DNA of 64,000 nucleotides from Psilocybe cubensis (Eukaryota): NCBI GenBank assembly GCA_017499595.2, contig CM039003.1, positions 3,100,001 to 3,164,000 of the forward strand, read 5' to 3'. Shown piece by piece: positions 21,897 to 33,668 of this stretch (position 1 is its first letter; each line of letters starts with the position of its first letter). The notes under the pieces were generated by a model. It saw only the letters and a program-made list of their open reading frames with translations, ran no database searches and was not told where the DNA came from. The position numbers and the translations under genes were made by a program.

Positions 21897-24282
21897 ATGT
21901 CGTCCGTCAAATCGTAAACTCGTCCAATCGTGAGCTCAACGTGAGCTAGTCGTTATGAGCGTGCAAAAAGTCGTTATGGAGGTGTCAAAACCCTGTTCGC
22001 TGTATGTGCAAAGGAGAAAGAAGGTTCAGGGGCCCACTCTCCACCTCGTGGACAAATTCTGCATGCCGGGTTCCAAATTCCATGCGGGGATCTTTACTCA
22101 GGGGTAGTCGTCCTATCACAATGAGAGAAATTAAATATTTTTGTAATTGCAAAAATTGAAAGGCAATTGCAAACTCTTGCAAACTGCGACTAGACATGCA
22201 GGTTGTAATACATCTCTAAATCGTAAATTTCAATGACTAGATCATAGATGATGCAGTCAGAGACGGGGAACAATGAAGTCTCCGAAATTTGCCGCTTGTG
22301 CCGTTTTAGTCTCCGACGACATAATTCGTAAAGAGCACTCGGGAAAACCTTCGGCAAAACTTAAGTTTGGTAGGAGATTGAACCGAATTATACTAAAAAA
22401 ATGACGTGGCGACTCATCCATTACAATCCTGACCACGATATCGTCCATATGTATCTGTGTCAAAACCCGCGTTTTAAACGACCTACTCCACTTTTTTCCT
22501 ACTCAGACCAATTTAATGACAAAACTAGACTGCAATTTAGCGTTTTCCCGTCAAACATGGGCTGTACTGTCATTCCAAAAACCAATTCAGATTCTAGGCG
22601 GTCGCAAATGGTACCAGCCCGAAGACATTTGCATATCTAATGCTTATTTTTTTGGCCTAACTAATTGATCAATAGGTGTTCTTCACTTCTTGCAAAGCGA
22701 CTGAAATGACGTTGACAGACTCTGCGGCCATAACAATGTCTGCCACACCCCTTCACCGCAATCGCGTCGGCAAATATGAAACGTGTAACCTTTCTCTCTG
22801 TCCAGTATTATTGCATTGGGTACAATGTGTATCGAGCTCGTGGTCCTTATTTTCAACACCACAGGTATAAATATTGGGTTCAACGCTTCAGTCGGATTCT
22901 GTTTATCATGCAACAGGTAAATAAAGGTGGAGGCTCACGCGTGGCTGCATTCAAGTTGGCGTAACTGTGAAAATTTGTCGCCGATTAGCACTGTACGAGC
23001 GTACGCTGCGCTATCTGCCACCAGGTCCGCATGAGCATGTTACCGTGCCCGCTTTCTAATGTATTTCCTCGCAAACCGACCACGACTGGCAGAATATCTT
23101 CCGCACCTCAGCCACACTCTTTTGTTCGCTCACTAAGAGGTAAAGAGACTTTCTCAGTAAGTTACCAAGATTTTCCTTTCTCAGCTCATGGTTTTCATAG
23201 ATATTCATTGCCCACTATTGGAGCGTCAAAAAGCTGAATAGCTATGTCCCCTCGGACAATGAAAGGAGTTTCTGTCAACTGCGATAAGGCTAGCCTATCC
23301 AAAAGCCATATGCAATTTAATAGAAGAGCATTCGTACTTCTCAATCATTTTTACACCAGCCTTATTCGACCTGTCAACACGTCTTGGACTAAATTTGTTT
23401 TGACAAACAATCATCGTTAAATTTGGCGCGCGCCCGGCTCTCGGCGGAACTTTGTTAGCGCATGATGAGACCTCGTTGTACGCAAATTTCATAATCTCGA
23501 ACACAAATTTGCAGTGCGGTGAGTACAGTTACCTAAAATATGTTTGATACGATTGAACAACGAGATAATAGGAACTTTCTATGCATTCGCGTCATCCGAT
23601 GATAAAGTAAGTGAGATCATCATTTGAATACGTGCACATATCTATCCAATGCATGTTTCTTCAGAACCGTCCACAAGCTGTCGTCTCACACCTATGAGCA
23701 TCATCTAAGCCGGACCGCCTGACCTTGGCTCGTTTCCTGCTGTTTTCCACAATCCACGGATACTAACTGTTAGTTTTATCCGCAAGCTCGACTCCCACTT
23801 CGAAGAATTGTTACACCCCCTGCCAAGCCTGTAGAGCCTACGAAATGCGTACATTTACTCCGAATACGAGCTCGTTCCGGTGCTAACCTCTGCAAGTCTA
23901 ACTATATAATCGAGCTGGGTCGCCTTGACAGACGCTGATACCCAGCGTTTACTCTAAATATGGAGCCGGTGCTGAATATCTAATAAACTGAAAGGCTGCG
24001 CATGCGACAACGGGCACCAGTACTGAGTGAATGTTCTCATCGTCCACATAACCCGACAAACAATCCCGTGTCGATTGTGTGTCGACCCTATTAATAGTGA
24101 GCAAAATACGACCGCCCATCTCGGTTCCATCACTTCTCAAAATGCCTTCGAGTTGAAGGCGGGCTTTACAGATCCCTACTTGTTCCTATTGTAGTCTCAG
24201 GGAGGCTATTTAAAGTTATCTACTGGCTGAAAAGGTTTAAATAGTAGCCATTTCCTTTGCATCCGACGACTCGACGCCCACA

Positions 24283-25279
24283 ATGGACCGCACTTTGAGA
24301 GCGACATATCGCATGACGCGCCTCCTGACCCCCCCAGAGCCTGTTCACAGTTTGATTGCCTCTCTTACCGGCGACATCACCCCACAGGTCGCATGTCTGC
24401 TCTTCACCTCTCTGCCACCAGAGATCCGGCACCGCATATTCTCCTTCGCGTTGCAGAGTTACGACGACACATCCAGACCATACCCCGATAACTCTTACTA
24501 CTCGCGCCCGGGTTATAGATACCACCAGCGGATCAACATTGCGCTCCTCGCGGTGTGCCGTCGCATCTACACCGAGACGCACGCGCTCGCAGTGCGTGTG
24601 AATGAGCACGTGTTCTGGTGCTCTTCGATGCGCGGCCCGCCGCGCGCCTTCTTCGACAACCCGAAATGGTATTTCAGCAAATTCACTGTTGAGCAACGCG
24701 CCGCCATCAGCCACATTCATCTCTTCACGCAGATGTACTGGGTGGAGCGCGCACAGAGCTTTCGCGACTTTTGCGAGCTCGAGGATGTGCACCCGAAGCA
24801 GCTCACGATCACGATTAGACACACGGATTGGTGGTTCTGGGAGTTGAACACGCCATTGGCGATGAAGCTCCATTGGCTGGAATATCTACAGCCTATGAAA
24901 AAGCTTACTACGTTGGTTATGGAACTTGAAACCATCGAGCGTGACCACGACCAGGTGTGCAATTTTATTCGCTGATCTGTCGCTTGATTCTGATTTGGCT
25001 CGTCGTTGATAGTTGGACGCTGTTATCGAAAACGTACTCAACACATGCCTTGTTATTCGTGCCGGATCACGGACTCTGAATATACAGAAAGATGGCCTCA
25101 CGACAGTGCCTTACGTCGGGCCTGCTATCTACAAGTACGACTGGGATTCTGATTTGGAGGAAAGCATTTATTACTCCAAACAAGACGATCGATGGATCAC
25201 TGGAAAGACAGAAACCGATCCGGGTCCCATCCCGTATGTTTTATCAACAATTCGATGGATAGCAAACACATCTACATAG
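24283..25279 (+). CDS. Fungal hypothetical protein with F-box-like N-terminal motif, tandem copy 1 (intron about 24955-25012)
   Basis: LFTSLPPEIRHRIFSFAL, YYSRPGY, LLAVCRRIYTE and TIRHTDWW. Clearly paralogous to 26037-27018. Confidence 0.75.
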
Positions 25280-26036
25280 CAAAACGAAAGAAGTTAATTG
25301 CCTGTGCACATACAATGCCCGGAGCGCCCGCCCATTCCCAAGAATATCCACTGCTCGCGTAAATGATGCTCAAATGGCAATCATCGGCATTAAACTTCTT
25401 GATGAGCAGATGGTCACGGACAGATATCAAACTCGTACACTCTCCGATACGAATGGCGAAACAGTGGAGTTGAAAATCTGAGATTATAGAGCTTCAGCTT
25501 ACAAGGGAAGATTGTTGAAGGCACAGGCTCACCTGTGTAAGTGGGATGAGTCTAGTACGTCCCTGAATTGTTAATTGTACGCAAGGATGAGTGAAGCGCT
25601 TATTTATTCTGTAAACCCCAAAGAAAAGCAAGCCCATTTTAGTCCAATTTGTTTCCTATAGTATTTAATCGGTTTGATAATTTCTTCCTACCACCGATGG
25701 TTAACGTCGCAATGGTCATCCAAATTTGTATATGTAACTGCCTCTGATAACATTTTATCATCCAACGTTTGCCAGCAGTAAAGACATATACTTTCACTGC
25801 TTGCTAGTGACAGAGTTATACAAGTTGCACACGCTCTTCATTTGACTGATTTTAGTTCAAGCTTTCCGTATCCATCAAGAACTTGCCAACTTCAATGTCA
25901 GATCTCACATCAGATTTGCATGAGCGTAGACAGTGTACCCGGAGTAACATCAGGGTTTATATATCCTCAGGAATCTACATCCAATGCTATTTGCTACTAC
26001 TTTGCGTTACTTTGACAGTTCGTCCCACTCACAGTT

Positions 26037-27018
26037 ATGGGCCACGGGAAGGTGAACACTCTTGCTGGATTTGCCAGGCGTTCAAAGCCCCCTTCGCCAC
26101 GTCATAGCTTGATTGCCACCTTACATGGCCAAATACATCCACAAACTGCATGCATTCTTTTCTCTAAAGTACCCGCGGAAGTCAGGAACCGGATTTTCTA
26201 CTTTGCGTTCTACAGCTATGACGATGTGTCTAGACCATATCCTTCAAGCTCATACTATTCACGTCCAGGGTACCGATATCACCAACGTATCAGCACAAAT
26301 CTTCTGATTGCATGCCGTCGCATATATACCGAGGCCCACAATCTTCCTATATCACTAAACGAACACGTCTTTTGGTGTTCCTGGGAGGGTGGTCCTAGAC
26401 GTAAAAAAAACACATCTGATAGAAACCCCAAGTTTTTTTTCCAAAACATGACAATCGAACAGCGGAGTGCCATTGACCGTATACATCTTTTCACTCAGGT
26501 TCAATGGCTTCGAGAACTCTTTGTTGTTTTTTGCGAGCTCAAGGATATACACCCCAAGTACCTGAAGATTAGCATTCGCCATACGGATTGGCAAGATTGG
26601 GACCGTTCGGAAACTCCACTAGATATAACACTCGAATGGATCAGGGACTTGAAACTGATGTCGAAATTGAGGAAATTTTATCTGGAGCTGGAATCCATCG
26701 AAAAGCGCAAGGATCAAGTCAGTGATTTATTATTCCCTCAATTCACAGAAACATCTCACTATTCAACATCTTCAGGTGGATGCCATCGTTACTAAGCTAA
26801 TTCCTCAACGCCTTACAACAGGCAATTCAGATGTTTTGAAAGCAGGACATACATTGATTGCTGGGTATCAATACACGAGGCCTGCTGTCTATGTTGATAA
26901 CTATAATCGGGCGAGATATTTCTCGAAGGATAATGATAGTTGGGTCACTGGGGATGATCAAGTGGTAGCTGTGGACGAAATTTTGTGCATTGTATCTACA
27001 GTTATGTGGTCAGTATAG
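26037..27018 (+). CDS. Fungal hypothetical protein with F-box-like N-terminal motif, tandem copy 2 (intron about 26718-26776)
   Basis: LFSKVPAEVRNRIFYFAF, YYSRPGY, LLIACRRIYTE and SIRHTDW. Same intron position as copy 1. Confidence 0.75.
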
Positions 27019-27218
27019 TCAATGCAGGAATGCAATGTTCACATTGAGAATTGAATATCTTACACAAGTTGTATGCTTTAAATGTTTATGATTTCAATCA
27101 GATTCTTTGTTAACTTGTCGATGTATCGACGAGGAGAGTGAGGTTGTACTGGTTCGTCAAAAGATGAAATGCTTCCGCATTGAAAGACAACCTTCCATGT
27201 CGCTTCGATCATCCAAAA

Positions 27219-28948
27219 ATACGAACAACGACAATGACATACACACAATGGCAATGAGGCGCGTCCGGTAACCCGAGTGGAGTCAAGGTTCTCCCCGGTT
27301 CTGATTTGCAGCCTGGTTTCTGATCCATAACCTCATGAGGTTGGCCAGGCTGCTGGGAAAATGGCTGCCAATTCTCTCCTTATTTCCGCTGGCAATCAGA
27401 CCTCTGTACTTCGATTTCTGTCAAACACGCGCAATCCACCCAATGACAATTCAGGGACTGTCGCTTAACCGAGGCCTCTGTTCCAAATATGGAAATTAGT
27501 TGAGAACACAATGAGGGAACGAGAAAATCTGTCGAAACGGATAATACTCATGGATGCAGATATAAAGATCTATTATTTTCCCCGAGCGTTAGGTTACTTC
27601 TTATCGTAAACTACGTTCACGATGTCCAATCTTACTTACTCGGCCGAAAATCAGACCACCGTGACTGTGCCCTCCGGCAACCTTTTCGAAGAAATATCTG
27701 GAACTGACTCGTTTGCTAAGTCGGAAGGAATCCACGGTGAGACTTGACCTGCTATAATATTGCCTGAAGACGAGAAATATTTACAAATGCTTGGACGTAG
27801 GCTTTGACGGTGTATTCAGCGACATAGGAGGAAGCAGAAAATCTGTCAATCTACCTCATCAGGTACCCGTGCAACAATCCTCCCCTACTCGTCTGCCGCC
27901 TGGTTCGTGTGGGGATCCATGCCCTCTAGAGCGCTCTGATTCTACCCCCGGCGTACATGCGTCATTCCAATCCCTTTCCGATATTTTGCCATGGGGATTC
28001 AGACCAGGGCAAGATCCTAAAATCACTTCAAGTATTAAGAGGCGCATCGAAGAAAAGCACATTTACTCACTGGCAAAATTGATCTTGTCACCGATGGAGA
28101 TACCGAGGCTTCCCAGCCTTGCAGCAGCAGAATTCTGCACCCTCGACGACGACACTCAGAAGCCTGACTTTGAGAGGCGCACACCATCTCCCATCTTTTT
28201 CCCGCAACAGAAGAACCGGCGAAGCCGAGCCGGCCCTTTGCGCCTGGCAGTTGACCACAGTTCAGAAAATCCGGAAGAGAAACGAGTATCCAGTCCATAC
28301 TATCTCCCTGAGCAAGAGGCGAGATATGTATCACAAAATTACACCAACGATACAGAAGACCAAAGAAGCTCAAGCTCCAATCAAGCGATTGTAGAGCATG
28401 AGGCGCTTCCCAGCCCTCAACAGAACCATTGGATGTGAGTGTCCATATCTCGCCTCTGAACAGGGATTAATGGATGGTGTGATGCATAGGGATGTGACAG
28501 ACATTCCCTATATTCCTAGGGAACCGTCACATGGAGTCCAGCGAAGACCGAGGACGGGAAAGAGGAGGGATGGTAGGGCAGATATCAATCAGCCACTGGG
28601 ATTCGGCACGCATCCAGGATGTCGTCCGGCTCGACCGAAATTGGCACCTGATGACTCTGACGAGCAATAGTCCTCGTCTTCAGCCATGGCCACCCTGTTC
28701 AGGCCCTCAGGGCCTTGTAGTGCCTATGCACACTTTTGTGGATATAACTAGAGCCTTACACCTAGTGCAGTCGGCCAGAATACATTCAGTTGCACAAAAT
28801 ATGTGACTTACGGTAAATTTTCCCCTTTGGCTTGAAGAATTGGATAGATTCTGCATGAAATACAGATTAAAGCAAGATGGAGGGATACATTAGATAAAGA
28901 TGGATTAATATCGATTGATCGTTGCATTAATAGTTACCCGTGAGAACT
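27219..28948 (+). repeat. ~1.7 kb duplicated unit, copy 2 (inverted relative to copy 1)
   Basis: For example ccggtaacccgagtggag at about 27266 is the reverse complement of ctccactcgggttaccgg at about 14670. Similarity continues to ccgtgagaact at 28948. Confidence 0.9.
27622..28670 (+). CDS. Orphan, probably disordered protein, paralog 2 (3 exons)
   Basis: ATG at 27622 (MSNLTYSAENQ). Introns at about 27737-27800 and 28435-28489. Ends KLAPDDSDEQ*. Confidence 0.7.
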
Positions 28949-29085
28949 CCTGCGTAAGTGCGCACAAAGTAACTTTATGCATGTGTTATATTGATTCACA
29001 GTCTTGAAAATAGGAAATGAGTTGTTTGAATCAAATCTTTCATAATTTCTTCTAAGTATCAATAATACAAAATAAGTTTACAAGA

Positions 29086-30490
29086 TCACAGTGATGCATT
29101 ATACTTCATCCACCTGCCATCGTCTGGCCTCCCTTTACCCAAAGCAGCCACGTAATTATGGAATATCCTATAGTTCCCGCCAATTATCAACGAGCCGGCC
29201 ATTTCATATTGCTCCACATACTTCGTTGGTTCGATGTCGGAGCCCATGGTGTAGACGATGACCGGGGCGTGAAGGTCCAAACCTCGGATGTGCGATAAAA
29301 TCTGGCGCCCGGCTTCATGGTTCGCTGCTGGTGTGTGGGACGAGTCGCGTTCACGCAGGGTTTGATTGGAAATGAAGCGGAGTTGTGTCGGTGAGTCGTG
29401 TTTTTTCAGGAAATCTGCATGGATATTTGTATTAGTATCATAAATAACAAATTTATTGCTCAATTGGACATTGAACTCACCAATATTAATTGTGATCCAC
29501 GCTTTGACAGTAACTGTCGACGCGAATTGGATGACAGTTATCCCTAAACCGGCACATTCTAATATCTGGGGTGAGACTGCCGATGCATCACTGTCGATCC
29601 AAATGAGAAGAGGGACGTGGGGATCTGCGGGGAAGGCGTTTGAGAAGTTTGATTGATAATACGAGGAACCGCTGTTTAAAGGGGCTCGCAACGCACCCGA
29701 GGTATATAGGTGGACATCTTCTCTCAGCCGCCCGTTGCGAACGTAACATTGGAACGTTGGGAATGATATATATCCGGTGTGGTGCTCGTCGAGTCGGAGC
29801 AGGAGGCGTTTCCGGGCAAGATCGCTCATGTCTTCATCCAACCAAGAAGAGAGCAAGTCACAAAATTGTTCTGAACTGGCAAATTCCGTCTACAGCGTCA
29901 CGATTCAAAGTCTTTATTAGACGTGGACAAAAACAATGGAACGACACAATGCGCACCTCTGGCCCGATTGATATTTTCCAAAACTGATCAGCCTCGAAGA
30001 TGGAAGGCTCGTCCGTTTCGTCCTCTTCTTTCATCTTCATCTTCTGCACTGATCGGTGCTCTATAAAATCCCGAATGCTGGGAGGCGGACTGATGATGTT
30101 GTACCCTTTCGGTCGAATGACGAGCTGAACGACTTTGCAAAGGAGTGCATGACTCCATATGAGAAACTCTCGGTTGTCTTTAATGTCCTTTGGAGGCGCC
30201 CATGCCGAGAAGGAGAGCGCGGATATGTGCAACTTCCCGTGAGACCGCCGTTCGTTCCACTTTTGCAAATTCTTCGACACGAGACGCAGAAGGGACTCCA
30301 GGTCGTGTAAACACCGCTGAAGAGGTTCGTTGATCGTCTTCCGTCGTAGGACTGGGATTACGATGTACTCTATTTGGGAGAGAATTTCGGAGATTTGTCT
30401 CGTCGTCGAGTCGTTCCGAAGAATCTGATGCTCTGAGATGAACTTGATCGTGTCTTCGCAAAGCTGGTATACGGCATTGGCATATTCCAT
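29086..30490 (-). CDS. 4HB + EF-hand-like + receiver-like protein, paralog 2
   Basis: MEYANAVYQLCEDTIKFISEH..., FWKISIG, LLRLDEHHTGYISF, LLIWIDSD, LRFISNQ, AGRQILSHIR, PVIVYT. Same exon layout as paralog 1. Confidence 0.8.
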
Positions 30491-31100
30491 TATGTTTGTT
30501 GTGAATGTGTTAAAGTAGGATGTGTGGGGTTCTCGTCGATCCCCCGCAACGATATCTAGCTTAAACGAATGTCAGACCGATGTACTTTTAGACCCTAAAA
30601 GGCTGGACAATGGTCAACGAGGCACACCTTTCTATTTCACCGAGCCGCCAAGGATAACGTTGTGGATCCCGTGAAGTCACTAAACAGCGCGATTTTATAC
30701 CAATTTGCGCACAATGTGTCGTGGCAAAGCGATCCATTGCACAAAAAGAACATGTGTGAAACCATTCGACGGAGTACAGGACGAAGAAGCCTTTCTTGAG
30801 GACATGATATCCTTTGGAAAGTCTGTGTTGAATTTGAAAGCGACCTGGGCTAGAACAACCCAGATTTTTCGGATTTGGAGCATCGTCCTCCAAATATGAC
30901 GTGGGAATTCTAAAATTGTGTTTGATTTTTGAAGACCGGCACCCTCTTACTACTTTTCCTTTAAATCTGCGCTCATGTTGCATATACAATTGTCGATTTC
31001 TTCCAAGGTGCGCTTGGAATTTCTCCGATACATTTTGTTGTGTTATAACTTCTAGATTGCATTCATAAAAACAAAGGTAAAATCAACTTCAATCTCGCCA

Positions 31101-32536
31101 TCACCGTGAGGTGGCGTTATATTTCCTCCACCCTACATCATCTTTTCGTCTTTCACCCAAAGCAGCAACATATTCCTTGTAAACGGAAGACGTAAGCGTG
31201 GTCGATCCTGCCATATGGAGTTGGTCGTCCTCTACGTATGCGGTGGATTCGATTGTCTTCTCGGGAGAGTATATGAGAACCGCTGAAGCGAAACCCTCAT
31301 TGCGGATGTATCGCAACATAAAGTCGGAGCCTCCGTTTTCGCATGCTGCTTCCGGGACGTCGAGCACCTTGAAATACGAATCATTGCAGGCTTGGCTTAT
31401 AATAAATCGAATGTTGGACGGGTCGTCATTTTGCATCAAAAAGTCTGGTATAAGGGACACAATGAGGTTCGTGTCGAAAGCATTGAGCCAAACTTGATAT
31501 ACTCACCGTGGTTTGTTGCTATCCAGGTTTTGGCGCTAGATATCGAGGCGAGTTGAACAACTGTTACGCCATACGATGTTGCTTCAAACACCCGATCGGT
31601 ATTTCCCCGAACGTCCTCGTCGATCCAAATCAACAGGGGTAGGCGTGGGTCTAGATTTCCGGTAAAGATTTGTCAACCCCTTAACACGAATAAGACATAG
31701 ACGCACCTGCCAAGTAAGAGTTAATAATATCTTTCATTTTGCCGTTCCTCACGAGGTCATAGAATGTCGAAAAGTGGATCGTGGAATCATTGTTAAGGTC
31801 CAGACGTAGCAGAAGGCGATGATATGCAGGATCATCTATGGTCCTTCCTAACCATTTCGAAAGTACTTGACGGAAGTTACTACTATCCACTGAACTGGGC
31901 TAGAAAGTTGGAGGATGGTCAATTGGACTGGTGTGGTACGCAGCCAGAAAGATAGCAGTGTGGATAACTTACTTCGCCTTCAAAGTTATTTTTCCAGAAC
32001 TCTTTGGCTTCGGACTCCGGGAACATGTCGGTGGAAATGTCTGTAGGCGGTGGTCGCTGCCGGGGTCGATGGCGGACCTCCTGATCCTGGAATGAAAGTA
32101 CACTTGCAGCCGGAGAAACGAAGTTGTACCCCCGAATCCTATCGACGACTTGCAATGCTGTCATCAGGGTGATGTAGTGCTGAAGCAGATGCTTCTTATC
32201 CTCCTTCAGTCGGTGTGCTAGGAGCCACGGGTTGAAACCGGAAACGAGACTATGCGTGCGTCGTACGATCCACATTTCCAAGTGCTTTCGTGTGGATTCG
32301 AGGGTTGGTATCAGGGCGCACAGGCACTGATGAGCGTTGTGGTTCAAATCAACACTTTGTCGCCCAAGTAGAGGAACGATTGCCGTCTGGATCTGTAGAC
32401 ATATGTTAAAGATATGTATAACAAGAGAATTCCTGCCTTCGTATCCTGCGACAATGTCCATGATACTGAGGGCAATGTTGTTGACAGCCATAGTATGGCT
32501 ATCCGAGGATGATAAGTCACATATTGAGGAATGCAT
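31101..32536 (-). CDS. 4HB + EF-hand-like + receiver-like protein, paralog 3 (start 32536 or 32491)
   Basis: NPWLLAHRLKEDKKHLLQHY, EAKEFWKNNFEG, LLRLDLNNDSTIHF, LIWIDED, IRFIISQ, AVLIYS, YVAALGERRKDDVGW. Confidence 0.8.
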
Positions 32537-33668
32537 GGTGTGTATTTTTGGACGTTCAGCGTGCAGAACATTGTTTAAATGTAGCGCTATGGGCCTTCGC
32601 CTCTATGATTGATCTCGAGCTAGTGAGGCGCGATTCGTGTTCCTCAACCGCCATAGTGGCCTGGGTTTGGGACTGGGCCTTGGGACCAAGCCTGTAGTTG
32701 AATAATTGGTTATTTGATATGTGTAGGCGCGCGTGCATTGAAAGATCTGGGCCTTGATTCTAAGCTGAACCTCTCGTCGGGTTAGGGTTATGGCCTCTTG
32801 TCAAAGTTCTACATCTCCGTCGTCAATCGACAGGATAGTACCTCAGACACGATTAATGAAATCGAGGGGAATCTTTTGCTTTGGAATATATGCTCCATGC
32901 ACAGCTTGGCTATTGAGCAATTGCACCGTGACCGGTGAAGACACGTAGTAGATCCCAGGAATATTATTGCAGAAGCGGGAACCGTGGAAAGAGTCTACCA
33001 AAGCTCTACAATAAAGAAATATCCTATACAGCTAGTGGGTGGGTTGCAATGCTTGCGGCTATCGACATATGTCAAATAAAAACGAATCTAATACACGTTT
33101 TGTAATTAACACGTAGTTTTTGTTGAAATTTTTTTTCAAAAAATATGGTTCGGAATGCACTTCCGAAGTATATTTCTCTAAGAGAATGTCAGAGAAAGGC
33201 ACGCAATATAACACATAACGAGTATCTAATCTGTTTTTATTTGACACAAACGAATGGGTGCCGGCAGACCAAAGATTCATGTTGGTTTCAACAAGTATAG
33301 CAGCTTCGTCGGCATTACGGCGATCTTTAAACTCCGACATTGGACACCGTGCTTGCGTTTGTTTGGCGCCAGCGTAGAGTTCGGATATCTATTTCCAAAC
33401 TTCTTCCTATCCTTCGTTCAAGATCTCAACGGTCCCGGCCAACCCCCAGAGTTTCTGAAGATTCGTGGCATCAGCTCAAGCTGTCAGTATAGTACTTTGG
33501 CATACTGCGACATGTTAACCATAATTCTACAGTTTGGTGTTGCCGTCTGTGCTTTAGATCCCGAAGCGCCTGTTGTCGGGAAACAGTGCATGTCGAGCGC
33601 AGAACATCAACCTACGTTGTATCCGCTGAAAATCTGTACAAACTTGGTTAACGAATATAGGAAAGACA

